From positions 15,881-79,880 of the forward strand of contig CAWFVF010000003.1 of NCBI GenBank assembly GCA_963819265.1: a stretch of DNA of 64,000 bases, read 5' to 3'. The position numbers and the translations under genes were made by a program. Below the pieces are notes generated by a model, which was given only the letters and a program-made list of their open reading frames with translations, searched no databases and was not told the DNA's origin. Origin of the DNA: an uncultured Alphaproteobacteria bacterium. Its GTDB lineage: Bacteria > Pseudomonadota > Alphaproteobacteria > Rhizobiales > Xanthobacteraceae. Positions 28,369 through 38,106 of the stretch are shown one piece after another (the stretch's first letter is position 1; every line of letters starts with the position of its first letter).

Positions 28369-29446
28369 ATTTCGCAACTGGATTTCATATGAGGCTATTG
28401 CCCAGTCGGCGGGCGACGGCGCGGCCGAACGCGACGTTGACGGCCAATTTCCGGCTCGTGCTTTCGGGAGCCTGAAACAATTTCGTCTGCTCGCCCATCC
28501 GCCGCTGGGATATTCCGACGCCGCGACTTTATTCCGGATCCTGGCTGCGGTCGGCCGCGGTAATCTGAGCGTCGGTCGAATTTTTGAAGGTCACGTCAAC
28601 GCGCTTTTCTTGATCAGGCTTTTTGGGACTGCCGAACAGCGCGAACATTACGATCTGATCGCGTCGGGCTCGGGCTTGTTCGGAGTCTGGAATACCGATC
28701 TTCCTGGCGAGCCGGTGGTGCTCAAGGAAGGCGTGCTCCATGGCAAGAAGAACTTCGCCAGCGGTGTCGATGGCTTGAGCCACGCGCTTATAACCGCATC
28801 CACGCCCGCCGGACGCATGATGGTTATGGTTCCCATCGCCGAATTGCCGGTGGACCGGTCCTGGTGGCGCCCACTCGGCATGCGCGCCTCCGGCAGCCAC
28901 GTCGTCGATTTCAGCGGTGTCGCGATCGAGCCTGATTGGATTCTCGGCGGCTGCGATGACTATATCAAGGAGCCGTGGTTTTCGGCAGGCGCCATTCGCT
29001 TCGCCGCGGTTCATGTCGGCGGCATGCACGCGGTGCTCGATACCGCCGTTACGCATTTGCGCAAGACTCAGCGGGTCTCGGACCCCTACCAGCGTCATCG
29101 CTTGGGCCAGATGGCGATCGAGGTCGAGGCCGGCTACGCATGGCTCGACCGCACCGCGAAACTATGGGCGAAAGCCGAGCAAGTCCCCGAAGCTCTGCCG
29201 GCCGTTGCCGGCGCCTCTCGGCTCGCAATCGAGCGCGCGGCGCTCAGCGTGCTCGAAATCGCGGAACGCAGCGTCGGCGCCGCCGGGTTTCTCGCACCGC
29301 ATCCCCTTGAGCGCCTCATTCGCGACCTGCGCACCTATTTGCGTCAGCCCAATCCGGATGGTGCGCTGTCTGCCGTTGGTGCCGCCGTTGGCGACGGCCG
29401 CTGGTCGCCGGGCGAAACCGGCGACGGGAAAGATATCAATGCGTGA
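28358..29446 (+). CDS. Acyl-CoA dehydrogenase-like flavoprotein, short form of unknown substrate
   Basis: GNLSVGRIFEGHVNA.., RPLGMRASGSHVVDF, GAAGFLAPHPLERLIRDLRTYLRQP. Overlaps the GT2 gene by 11 nt. Confidence 0.75.
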   Translation: MSREFRNWISYEAIAQSAGDGAAERDVDGQFPARAFGSLKQFRLLAHPPLGYSDAATLFRILAAVGRGNLSVGRIFEGHVNALFLIRLFGTAEQREHYDLIASGSGLFGVWNTDLPGEPVVLKEGVLHGKKNFASGVDGLSHALITASTPAGRMMVMVPIAELPVDRSWWRPLGMRASGSHVVDFSGVAIEPDWILGGCDDYIKEPWFSAGAIRFAAVHVGGMHAVLDTAVTHLRKTQRVSDPYQRHRLGQMAIEVEAGYAWLDRTAKLWAKAEQVPEALPAVAGASRLAIERAALSVLEIAERSVGAAGFLAPHPLERLIRDLRTYLRQPNPDGALSAVGAAVGDGRWSPGETGDGKDINA

Positions 29447-30170
29447 AAGTTGCGGCAGTTTGAATGCGCGCTATCTCGATGCCCGGAGGATTCTGGTCGT
29501 CGCGCCCCATCCTGACGATGAATCCCTCGGCTGCGGAGGCCTGATAGCTCTTCTTGCGGCGCGCGGCGCATCGTTCCACACCGTATTTGTCACCGACGGC
29601 GGAGCCTCGCATCGGGGCTCGCGCCACTGGCCGCGGCCGCGTCTGGCCGCACGCCGCGAACAGGAAGCAATTGACGCGCTTGAGCGCCTCGGCGTCGGCA
29701 CGCATCGGCGAAGCTTTCTCAGACTTGCCGATGCCGATATGCCCCCGCCGATGTCTCGGGAGTGGCAAGCCGCTCTGCTCGAGCTTGAAACGATTGTCAG
29801 GACATTCAACCCCGATCTCGTGCTCCTGCCGTGGCGGCGCGATCCTCATTGCGATCATCGCGACGCCTGGCGTCTTTTTCAGGACGCCGCTTCGGCGGCG
29901 GGAGTGAGGCCTTTGACGCTCGAATATGCGATTTGGCTCGATGAATTCGGCGCGCCGTCGGACCGGCCGCGGCTTGGCGAGGTTGAAGCGGTAGCGCTCG
30001 ACATTTCCGATGTCGTCGACAGGAAGCGCGCCGCGATCGGCGCGCACATCTCGCAGACGACCGATCTGATCAATGACGACCCCAGCGGCTTTCGTCTCAC
30101 GGCGGAGACGATTGTGCGTCTCACCGGACCGCATGAGGAATATTGGCGGCCGCTTCATGAAGCCGATTGA
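29439..30170 (+). CDS. PIG-L/LmbE family N-acetylglucosaminyl deacetylase
   Basis: ILVVAPHPDDESLGCGG, HCDHRDA. Overlaps the upstream gene by 8 nt. Confidence 0.85.
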   Translation: MRESCGSLNARYLDARRILVVAPHPDDESLGCGGLIALLAARGASFHTVFVTDGGASHRGSRHWPRPRLAARREQEAIDALERLGVGTHRRSFLRLADADMPPPMSREWQAALLELETIVRTFNPDLVLLPWRRDPHCDHRDAWRLFQDAASAAGVRPLTLEYAIWLDEFGAPSDRPRLGEVEAVALDISDVVDRKRAAIGAHISQTTDLINDDPSGFRLTAETIVRLTGPHEEYWRPLHEAD

Positions 30171-30738
30171 TCCCGCCGGATTTGAACAAAAATTCCGCGA
30201 TAATATCGATCCGTGGGATTACACCCATTCTGCCTTCGAGCGTTTCAAGCGCGACGTGCTGTTGCGTGCCTGCGGCCGCCGGGTATTCGGCCGCGTTCTC
30301 GAACTGGGCTGCGCGATTGGAGAAACAAGCCGCGAATTGGCGCACTTCAGCCTGCGACTTCTAGCGGTCGACAGCTCCTCGACGGCCATCAAGGAGGCCC
30401 GGCGGCGTTTCAGCGGAAATCCGCGCGTCGAATTTCGCCGCGCGACACTGCCCGGCGAAATGCCGCGCGGCCCGTTTGATCTGATCGTCGTTTCCGAACT
30501 GGTTTATTATCTGCCGGCTCACGCGCTTTACCCCTTGTTGAGCAGGATCAAGAGCGCGCTGGCGCGCAATGGCAGGCTGGTGGTGCTCGATCACATCAGG
30601 CCGTTTGCCGATGCCGCGCAATATCCGGCCCTGGCGCATTGGCGGGTACGAGCGGAACTGCAGAAGTCCATGGCGCTCGTCTTTCACGAGCGCCGCTCCC
30701 GCTTCGATGTCATTGCGTTCCACAAACCGCGGCTGTGA
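30157..30738 (+). CDS. Class I SAM-dependent methyltransferase, NodS-like
   Basis: DPWDYTHSAFERFKRDVLLRA (NodS-family N-terminus), VLELGCAIGETS motif I. Overlaps the upstream gene by 14 nt. Confidence 0.8.
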   Translation: MKPIDPAGFEQKFRDNIDPWDYTHSAFERFKRDVLLRACGRRVFGRVLELGCAIGETSRELAHFSLRLLAVDSSSTAIKEARRRFSGNPRVEFRRATLPGEMPRGPFDLIVVSELVYYLPAHALYPLLSRIKSALARNGRLVVLDHIRPFADAAQYPALAHWRVRAELQKSMALVFHERRSRFDVIAFHKPRL

Positions 30739-30776
30739 TCGCCCCGAGTGCGCGATTCCGGGGCAAGCGACGCCGT

Positions 30777-31520
30777 TCAGACGTGCTGGCCGCCATTGAT
30801 GTGGATTTCGGCGCCGTTCACATAGGAAGCCGTGTCGGTGCACAGCACGTAGATGATCTTCGCCACTTCGTCCGGCGTGCCCAGCCGGTGCATCGGAATA
30901 TTCTCGACGATCTTTTCCGTTCCCGGCGACAGCATCGCGGTGTCGATCTCGCCGGGCGCAATGGCGTTGACCCGGACGCCGAACGGACCGAAGTCGGCGG
31001 CCATCTCGCGGGTGAGCGCATTGAGCGCCGCCTTCGAGGTCGAGTAGGCTGCGCCGGCGAACGGATGCACGCGCGAGCCCGCAATCGAGGTGACGTTGAC
31101 CACCGAACCCTTCGCCGCCTTCAACTCATCGAGCAGCCCGCGCGCCAGCATGATCGGGGCGAAGAAATTGACCTGAAAAATGTGATGCCAGTCGTCACGC
31201 GAGGTTTCGATCGAGGAGAGCCGCTTGCCGCCCGCGGCCTTCGGCGAAATCGCGGCATTATTCACCAGCGCGTGCAACTCGCCGTGCAGCCGGTTTTTGG
31301 TTTCGGCAATCGCCGCCTCGGTGTTCTCCGGGTCCGACAGGTCGACCTGGATGTGGTCTTCCGGCCCGGCTTCCCATGGACAGTTTTCCGGAAACGGATG
31401 GCGCGAACAGGTGACGACACGCCAGCCGGCGGCGGAAAATCGCTTCACCGTGGCGTGGCCGATGCCGCGGCTGGCTCCGGTGAGGAGCAGCGTTCGCCGT
31501 GGCTGGTTGCTGGTTGTCAT
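30777..31520 (-). CDS. SDR family oxidoreductase
   Basis: LLLTGASRGIGHA, NNAA, YSTSKAAL catalytic YxxxK. Confidence 0.88.
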   Translation of the reverse strand: MTTSNQPRRTLLLTGASRGIGHATVKRFSAAGWRVVTCSRHPFPENCPWEAGPEDHIQVDLSDPENTEAAIAETKNRLHGELHALVNNAAISPKAAGGKRLSSIETSRDDWHHIFQVNFFAPIMLARGLLDELKAAKGSVVNVTSIAGSRVHPFAGAAYSTSKAALNALTREMAADFGPFGVRVNAIAPGEIDTAMLSPGTEKIVENIPMHRLGTPDEVAKIIYVLCTDTASYVNGAEIHINGGQHV

Positions 31521-31535
31521 TCTAATATCCTTGCC

Positions 31536-31651
31536 GTCATTGCGGGCCAACGGACCCGGCCCGACATGGCCGGCCCGATGACAGGCTCCACGAAGCAATC
31601 CAGCGGCGCGTGAAAGGTGGATTGCTTCGTCGCCTCGCTCCTCGCAATGAC
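31536..31651. repeat. Nested palindromic REP/MITE-like element
   Basis: GTCATTGCG...CGCAATGAC outer arms and CGAAGCAATCC...GGATTGCTTCG inner arms. The module cggcccgacatggccggcccgatgaca recurs at about 60016-60042. Confidence 0.75.
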
Positions 31652-31665
31652 GTGTGTTGATATGT

Positions 31666-32307
31666 TCACGGATAAAGCCGCGTCTTCGTCCACGGTGCGT
31701 TCAAACGCGGGCGCGCGAACACCACGCGGTCGTGCAGGCGGAACGGCCGCTCCTGCCAGAATTCGATCTCCTGCGGCACCACGCGATAGCCGGACCAATA
31801 AGGCGGCCGGGGCACGGTGCCGACGGCATATTTGGCGGTGAAGCGGGCGATCGCCTTCTCGAAGGCAAGCCGGCTTTCCAGCGCCGAGGATTGCTTGCTG
31901 GCCCAGGCGCCGATCTGCGCCATACGCGAACGCGACGCGAAATAGGCGTCGGCTTCGGCCTGCGATACCGGCTCGACACTGCCGCGGAGCCGCACCTGCC
32001 GCTGCAGCGATTTCCAGTAAAAGGTCAGCGCCGCCTTCGGTGCCGCGGCGAGCTCGTGGCCCTTGTTGCTGTCCTGGTTGGTGTAGAACACGAAGCCGCG
32101 CTCATCGAAGCCTTTCAACAGCACCATCCGCGCATTCGGCAGCCCGTCGGCGTCGACCGTTGCGATCGTCATGGCCTCGGGATTGACCGGCTCGGCGCGT
32201 TTGGCGTCCTCGAACCAGGCGGCAAACAGACGCAGCGGCTCATCGGCCTCGGTGAAGTCACCGCCCGTTAACCCTGCAGGGTGTTCCCTAGGTGCCGCTT
32301 CGGACAT
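31666..32307 (-). CDS. pdxH: Pyridoxamine 5'-phosphate oxidase
   Basis: [41 protein letters not shown]-like [16 protein letters not shown]-terminus. Confidence 0.92.
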   Translation of the reverse strand: MSEAAPREHPAGLTGGDFTEADEPLRLFAAWFEDAKRAEPVNPEAMTIATVDADGLPNARMVLLKGFDERGFVFYTNQDSNKGHELAAAPKAALTFYWKSLQRQVRLRGSVEPVSQAEADAYFASRSRMAQIGAWASKQSSALESRLAFEKAIARFTAKYAVGTVPRPPYWSGYRVVPQEIEFWQERPFRLHDRVVFARPRLNAPWTKTRLYP

Positions 32308-32423
32308 TCTCGGAGTACCAAGTGCTCGCGTGGGGCGATCGGAAGGGGTGCCGCCAGCCTCTATATAATGGAACGGCGGCGTCGCGCCTATGTCAGTGGT
32401 TTCAAAGATTGCCCGGCAATCCA

Positions 32424-32900
32424 ATGCGCGGGCTCATGCGCCGGGCTGTCTCCGGGCTCACGCTGGCTGGGGCGGTAGTTAGCGCGCTGGGGCTTTGCGG
32501 TTGCTCCTACCGGATGGCTTCGCTGGTGTCCAAGAACGACAGCGATACCATGACGACCGGATCGATCGCCCATCCGGCCGGTCAGGCGGTGCCGGCGGGC
32601 CGGGTCGCCGATCGGGCGTCCGTGGCGGAGGGCGATCTTGTCTATGCGCGGGCGGCGGCCGCCGACGTGCTCTCGCGCGGCGGCAAGGATTCGAGCGTGC
32701 CCTGGCAGAATCCGCAGACCGGCGCCGGCGGTAATATCACGCCCCTGGATACCGCCTACAGCGAGGGCGGCGAGCCATGCCGGGATTTCCTGGCGAGCTA
32801 CGTGCATGGCGGTTCGCAGGACTGGCTCCAGGGCGCCGGCTGCCGCACCCTCGGCGGCCCTTGGGAAGTGAAACGGCTAAAACCGCTGAAGCCGCACTAA
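32424..32900 (+). CDS. Outer-membrane lipoprotein, 17-kDa surface antigen-like
   Basis: Lipobox LGLCG-C, ..[23 protein letters not shown].. Confidence 0.65.
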   Translation: MRGLMRRAVSGLTLAGAVVSALGLCGCSYRMASLVSKNDSDTMTTGSIAHPAGQAVPAGRVADRASVAEGDLVYARAAAADVLSRGGKDSSVPWQNPQTGAGGNITPLDTAYSEGGEPCRDFLASYVHGGSQDWLQGAGCRTLGGPWEVKRLKPLKPH

Positions 32901-33041
32901 AGCACGCTATCATCGGTGGAATTGGCAGCCGATTCGCTCGGTTTGGCGATCTGTTGCATTGCGTCACGGCCGTTTTATTCCCACATTAACGGGTCGTGGA
33001 GCGGGGCAGACCCGAAAAACCAAAAGCGGAGTCCGTAGGGA

Positions 33042-34058
33042 ATGCGTGATCCCTATGAAGTCTTGAGCATTGATCGCAAGGCGAGCGCGGGCGACATCAA
33101 AAGCGCCTATCGCAAGCTTGCCAAAAAACTGCATCCGGACGCCAATAAGGACGATCCGAAGGCAGCGAACCGTTTTGCCGAATTGAACGCCGCGCATGAA
33201 ATCCTCGGCGATGAGGACAAGCGCAAGGCGTTCGATCGCGGCGAAATCGATGCCGAAGGCAAACCGCGTTTCCAAGGTTTTCCGGGCGGCGGGTTCGGCG
33301 GCGGTGGTCCCAGGCCTGGCGGTGGCCCGGGCGGCGGTTTTGGTCCGGACGTGAATTTCGAGAACTTCAATTTCGGTCCCGAGGGCTTCACCCGTTCGAC
33401 GCGGCGTGGCCGCGCCGGCGGAGGCGCTGGCGGGGCCGGCGGTGGCGGCTTCGGCGGCTTCGAGGATATCCTCAAGGAGGCGTTCGGACGCGGCGGCCGG
33501 CCGGGTGCCGGTTCGACCTTCGAGCCGGAGGATTTCGGCGTCGGCGCCGATGTCCATGCGGCGCTGACGGTGACGCTGCCGGAAGCGGCGCGCGGCGTGA
33601 CCGAGCGGCTGCGGCTCCCCACCGGCAAGGACGTCGATGTCAAGATTCCGGCCGGCATTACCGACGGCCAGCAGGTCAGGCTCAAAGGCCAGGGCATGGC
33701 CGGGCAGGGCGGCTCAGGCGACGTGCTGATCACAGTTTCGATCGCGCCGCATGCGGTGTTCACGCTCGAGGGCGCAGACGTGCGCCTCGATCTGCCGGTG
33801 ACGCTCTATGAGGCCGCGCTTGGCGGCAAGGTCCGGGTGCCGACCTTGGACAAGGCGGTCGAGCTTACGATCCCAGCATGGACCAATAGCGGCCGCACCT
33901 TCCGCCTCAAAGGCAAGGGCTTTCCCGCCAAGGCGGGTCGCGGCGACCTGCTGGCCACCGTGCGCATCATGCTGCCGGAGAAGGGCGACGACGAGTTCGA
34001 AGCGCTGATGAAGAAGTGGCAGGCCGAGAAAGCCTACGATCCGCGCAAGGATATGTGA
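33042..34058 (+). CDS. cbpA: J-domain co-chaperone, CbpA-like (no zinc-finger domain)
   Basis: DPYEVLSIDRKASAGDIKSAYRKLAKKLHPD, Gly-rich linker, DnaJ C-terminal domains. Confidence 0.8.
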   Translation: MRDPYEVLSIDRKASAGDIKSAYRKLAKKLHPDANKDDPKAANRFAELNAAHEILGDEDKRKAFDRGEIDAEGKPRFQGFPGGGFGGGGPRPGGGPGGGFGPDVNFENFNFGPEGFTRSTRRGRAGGGAGGAGGGGFGGFEDILKEAFGRGGRPGAGSTFEPEDFGVGADVHAALTVTLPEAARGVTERLRLPTGKDVDVKIPAGITDGQQVRLKGQGMAGQGGSGDVLITVSIAPHAVFTLEGADVRLDLPVTLYEAALGGKVRVPTLDKAVELTIPAWTNSGRTFRLKGKGFPAKAGRGDLLATVRIMLPEKGDDEFEALMKKWQAEKAYDPRKDM

Positions 34059-34060
34059 TC

Positions 34061-34834
34061 TTAGCTCGGCAGCGTCACGCCGGTCAGGCCGGCGCAATAG
34101 TCGAGCAGGGCATCCTGCAAGTCTGATCGGCGCGCATCCGGATGCACCGGGCGAAGCTTCTGATGATAGAAATATTGGCCGCTCACCGTGGCGGCGGGAT
34201 CGTCGCTGACGGCGAGCCAGGCTTGGGTCACCGGGCCGAGCGATAGGTCGTCGCTGGCGCCGCTGCCGCCCATCTTGGTCGCTACCCAGCCGGGCTCGAC
34301 CGCGTTCGACTTGACGTCCGGCCAGCGCCGGGCGACCGCGAAGGTCAGGAGGGTGTCGAACATTTTGCTGTCGGCATAGGCCTTCGGTCCATCCCAGCGC
34401 CGCGCCGTCCATTGCGGGTCGTTCAAACCGGCAGTACCGCCCTTATGCAGACCCGAGCTCAGATAGATCAGGCGGCCCGGGCGGCTCATCAGTGCCGTCA
34501 GCATATAAGGCGCCAGCACATTGATCGCGAAGATGTGGCAAAGCCCGTCGGCGGTCTCGACGCGTTGCCCTTCGCGGTAGCCGACCCCCACATTGTGAAT
34601 CACGGCGTCAAATCGGCCAAGCGCATTGGCTTGTTCGGCCAACCGCCGCATCGCGGCGATGCTCGATGCGTCGCCGACCAAGACCTCGTCCGCCTGCGGC
34701 AATGCGCGCCGGGTTGCGTCGGCCCGGGCCGCATTGCGGGCATGGAGCGTGACGCGATGACCGCCATCGACCAGAAGTCTGGCCGCCATCAGTCCGAGGC
34801 CGTCGGAAGAGCCGGTAACGAAAATACGCGACAT
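34061..34834 (-). CDS. SDR family oxidoreductase
   Basis: IFVTGSSDGLGLMAA, YADSKMF. Confidence 0.8.
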   Translation of the reverse strand: MSRIFVTGSSDGLGLMAARLLVDGGHRVTLHARNAARADATRRALPQADEVLVGDASSIAAMRRLAEQANALGRFDAVIHNVGVGYREGQRVETADGLCHIFAINVLAPYMLTALMSRPGRLIYLSSGLHKGGTAGLNDPQWTARRWDGPKAYADSKMFDTLLTFAVARRWPDVKSNAVEPGWVATKMGGSGASDDLSLGPVTQAWLAVSDDPAATVSGQYFYHQKLRPVHPDARRSDLQDALLDYCAGLTGVTLPS

Positions 34835-34869
34835 CGAAATTCCAAGAAATTCCTATTCCGGCTCGCGGC

Positions 34870-35655
34870 TCAGCTGCCTTGCAGCGGAGTGCGGCGATCG
34901 ATCTGATCGTAAGCCGTTTGCGCGATGTCGCGCAATCGATCCTGCTCCGCGGGGCCGCTGAGAACATAGGCCAGATTGCGGTCGACCCAATAATAGGCGG
35001 CATTGTCCCGCCCGGCCGTGTAACGCAGCGCGGTCTCTTGATCGCCGGTGCGGCCGCAATAGAGCGTGAAGCGTTCACCGGACGGGCCTTCATACATGAA
35101 GAACGCCGTGGCCCCGGTCGGGCCGGGCAGCAGTCTCCCGCCGACGAGCTTCAATCCTACTTTGTCGAGTTCAGGCGGCCGCAGCGGCGAACCGACCCGC
35201 TTCGACAGCCATTCGGTCAAATGCGGCCGCTGGTCGCCCGGCACCTCGACCGGATGGCGCACCTCGACGGTATAGAGCCGATAGGCATCGAGCGCGTCGC
35301 TGGTAAAGAGCGCGAGATCGGTCGGTCGCGCCGCCTCGGCGCCGCGCGCCATCCAGCCGCCGGCGCCGCCGACCAAGAAGGCGGCGATGATGGCGGCAGC
35401 GGCCGCGGCGACCGCGCCATGCCGGCGCCGGGTTAGCTTGCGGATATCGAACCGCCGCGGCGGCACTTCGTCGGCGACCGCGCCGTAGCGCGCGCGAATA
35501 AGCTCGGCCTGCTTGCGCCAGGCGGCGACTTTTTCCGCATCATCGGCGTGGGTCGCGAGCCACGCCTCAACCGCGGCGCGGCGGTTGGCCGGAAGTTCGC
35601 CGTCGACATAGGCGTTGAGTTCGTCTTCGGTGACAGGCTGCTCTCGATCGATCAT
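34870..35655 (-). CDS. Anti-sigma factor (single TM) cognate to the upstream ECF sigma
   Basis: DELNAYVDGELPANRRAAVEAWL N-terminal anti-sigma domain, [20 protein letters not shown]. Confidence 0.8.
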   Translation of the reverse strand: MIDREQPVTEDELNAYVDGELPANRRAAVEAWLATHADDAEKVAAWRKQAELIRARYGAVADEVPPRRFDIRKLTRRRHGAVAAAAAAIIAAFLVGGAGGWMARGAEAARPTDLALFTSDALDAYRLYTVEVRHPVEVPGDQRPHLTEWLSKRVGSPLRPPELDKVGLKLVGGRLLPGPTGATAFFMYEGPSGERFTLYCGRTGDQETALRYTAGRDNAAYYWVDRNLAYVLSGPAEQDRLRDIAQTAYDQIDRRTPLQGS

Positions 35656-35670
35656 GGTCGTTTCTCTTTG

Positions 35671-36168
35671 TCACTTCACACGGCGCAGCGCAGGGCGCTC
35701 GCCGTCAAGATAGGCTTTGATTTGCGCCCGGGCGCGCGCCAGCCGCGACATTATCGTGCCGATCGGCACACCCTGCATTTCGGCGACCTCCCGGTAAGTG
35801 AGGCCCTCGAGAACCACGAGCAGCAGCGCGGAACGCTGATCCTCGGCAAGCTCGTCGAGCGCGCGGCTGATATCGCGCCCGCCGCCGTCCGGTCCGGCAG
35901 TCATGGCATCGCTGTCTTTGATCGGCGCCAGCACCGGCCGCCGCGACAGCGAACGAAGGCGGTTGCGGTTGAGGTTGGTCAGGATGGTGTAAAGCCATGC
36001 CCTGGTATCTCCGCCGTGAAACAAATGTTCCGAGCGTAGCGCCCGCACGAGCGTGTCTTGCACGAGATCGTCCGCGGTTTCGGCGTCGCGGGTGAGCGCG
36101 CGCGCATAGCGCCGGAGCGCCGGAATAGCCGCCTTGATCTGCTCGTTGAACTCACCCAAGCATCGCAC
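35671..36168 (-). CDS. ECF-type RNA polymerase sigma factor
   Basis: ADDLVQDTLVRAL.., WLYTILTNLNRN, LEGLTYREVAEMQGVPIGTIMSRLARAR. Confidence 0.9.
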   Translation of the reverse strand: MRCLGEFNEQIKAAIPALRRYARALTRDAETADDLVQDTLVRALRSEHLFHGGDTRAWLYTILTNLNRNRLRSLSRRPVLAPIKDSDAMTAGPDGGGRDISRALDELAEDQRSALLLVVLEGLTYREVAEMQGVPIGTIMSRLARARAQIKAYLDGERPALRRVK

Positions 36169-36392
36169 CTTTATCGAGGGTTAAGACCCGCGCCACCTGG
36201 ACCTAAGCCGAATGCCGGTCGCAGGTGTTAAGATTGGCGCGGTGTCCGGAGTTGGCGATCGATCCAAACGCGGCATCTGATGCAACAACACCGCCCGGCG
36301 CCGGCTATTCCGCCCGGGGTCCCGCGCTTGCTGGTCCAGGGACCCTATGCCATAGGAGGCCGGGATGTAGGCGTCGTACGAGGTCAAGAGAA

Positions 36393-37214
36393 ATGCCGGA
36401 AATCTCAGGCCTCATGCGCGGAAAACGCGGCCTGATCATGGGGGTCGCGAACCATCGCTCGCTCGGCTGGGGCATCGCCAAGGCCTGTCACGGCCACGGG
36501 CGCGGAACTCGCTTTCACCTATCAGGGCGATGCGCTCAAGAAGCGGGTCGAGCCGCTGGCCCAGGAGGTCGGCGGCATCGTGGTCGGCGATTGCGACGTC
36601 ACCGAGCCGAACACCATCGATGCGGTGTTCGCCGCCGTGCAGCAGGCCTGGGGCGGGCTCGATTTTCTGGTCCACGCCATCGCGTTTTCCGACAAGGACG
36701 AACTCGACGGCCGCTACGTCGACACCACGGCGGACAATTTCTCCAAGACCATGCTGGTGAGCTGCTACTCGTTCACGGCGATCGCGCAGCGCGCCGAGAA
36801 GCTGATGACGAACGGCGGCTCGATGCTGACGCTGACCTATTACGGCGCCGAAAAGTGGATGCCGCATTATAACGTCATGGGCGTCGCCAAGGCCGCGCTC
36901 GAAGCGTCGGTGCGTTATCTCGCCGCCGATCTCGGCGTGAAGAACATCCGCGTCAATGCCATCTCGTCGGGGCCGATCAAGACGCTGGCCGCGTCCGGCA
37001 TCGGCGACTTCCGCTACATCCTCAAATGGAACGAATACAACGCGCCGCTGCGGCGCAACGTCACCATCGAGGAGGTCGGCGAAGCCGGCGCTCTATCTGC
37101 TTTCCGACATGTCGCGCGGCGTCACCGGCGAGGTGCACCACGTCGATGCCGGCTACCACATCGTCGGCATGAAGCATCCCGACGCGCCCGACATCGTCGG
37201 TCGGCAAAGAGTAG
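36393..37214 (+). pseudogene. fabI: Enoyl-ACP reductase FabI with +1 frame breaks at ~36498 and ~37088, plus a probable third at ~37195
   Basis: GKRGLIMGVAN..WGIAKACHGH | GAELAFTYQGDALKKRVEPLA..YYGAEKWMPHYNVMGVAKAALE..NAISSGPIKTLAASGI..TIEEVGEAG | ALYLLSDMSRGVTGEVHHVDAGYHIVGM. Confidence 0.9.
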
Positions 37215-37283
37215 CGTTTTGTCCGGCTGTTCCCGCGGCAGCGGAATCCGGTAATTTGTCCTGCCGGGTCATCGCAAACCGGA

Positions 37284-37883
37284 ATGATTATGCCGGTGCT
37301 CTTTTACGTCCGCCACGGCGAGACCGATTTCAACGCCGAAGCGCGTCTGCAGGGCCGCCGCGATACGCGCCTGAATGCGCGCGGCCGCGGCCAGGCGAAA
37401 AAGTGCGGGCGCCTGCTGCACGATCTGTTCGCGCGCGACGGCCGCCGGGCCGAAGATTTGGTCTATGTGTCGAGCCCGCTGCGGCGCGCCCGCGAAACCA
37501 TGGAGGGTCTGCGCACGGTGTTGCGGCTCGATCCGAAGGCCTACGCGCTCGACGATCGGCTGGTGGAGATTTCCTACGGCGAATGGGAAGGCCGGACGCT
37601 GCCGGAGATCGACGTCCGCATGCCCGGCGCGCTCGCCGAGCGCGAGCGCGACAAATGGGATTTCGCGCCGCCCGGCGGCGAAAGCTATCGCGCGCTCACG
37701 CAGCGGATGGCGGCCTGGTATGCCGAGCTTACGACCGACACGGTGGTTACCGCCCATGGCGGCGGCGCGCGGGCGCTGATGGCTTTGTTCGGCATCATGT
37801 CGACAGACGACGCGACGCATGCGCCGATCGCGCAAGGGGTCGTCTATGTTTTCGCCGACGGCAGGGTAACGCGCTACGCGTGA
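37284..37883 (+). CDS. Histidine phosphatase (phosphoglycerate mutase) family protein
   Basis: LFYVRHGETDFN RHG motif, SPLRRARET, TAHGG. Confidence 0.85.
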   Translation: MIMPVLFYVRHGETDFNAEARLQGRRDTRLNARGRGQAKKCGRLLHDLFARDGRRAEDLVYVSSPLRRARETMEGLRTVLRLDPKAYALDDRLVEISYGEWEGRTLPEIDVRMPGALAERERDKWDFAPPGGESYRALTQRMAAWYAELTTDTVVTAHGGGARALMALFGIMSTDDATHAPIAQGVVYVFADGRVTRYA

Positions 37884-37950
37884 TCGCGCCGGCCTGGATA
37901 CTTTGTTGGAGCATGATCTTTTCCGAACTGGCGTCCGCTTTTCGGAATCA

Positions 37951-37990
37951 TGCTGCAAAAGCAAAAGCGGCCGAACCTGAGTTCGACCGC
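37951..37990 (-). terminator. Intrinsic terminator of the tiny poly-Lys ORF transcript
   Basis: Minus strand: GCGGTCGAAC tcag GTTCGGCCGC followed by TTTTGCTTTTG. Confidence 0.6.
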
Positions 37991-38064
37991 TTGACGAGAT
38001 CGGAGATCTCGCGAAAACCGAAGTTGACGGCGCGGCCCCAATACGAGGCCCACGCTCATGTCAT

Positions 38065-38106
38065 TTACTTCGACTTCTTCTTGGCCTTTTTCTTCTTCGT
38101 CGCCAT
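38065..38106 (-). CDS. Candidate 13-codon lysine-rich mini-ORF (MATKKKKAKKKSK)
   Basis: AGGAAA SD 7 nt upstream of the ATG, TAA stop, own terminator about 75 nt downstream. Lies in the aroC-divergent intergenic region. Confidence 0.3.
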   Translation of the reverse strand: MATKKKKAKKKSK

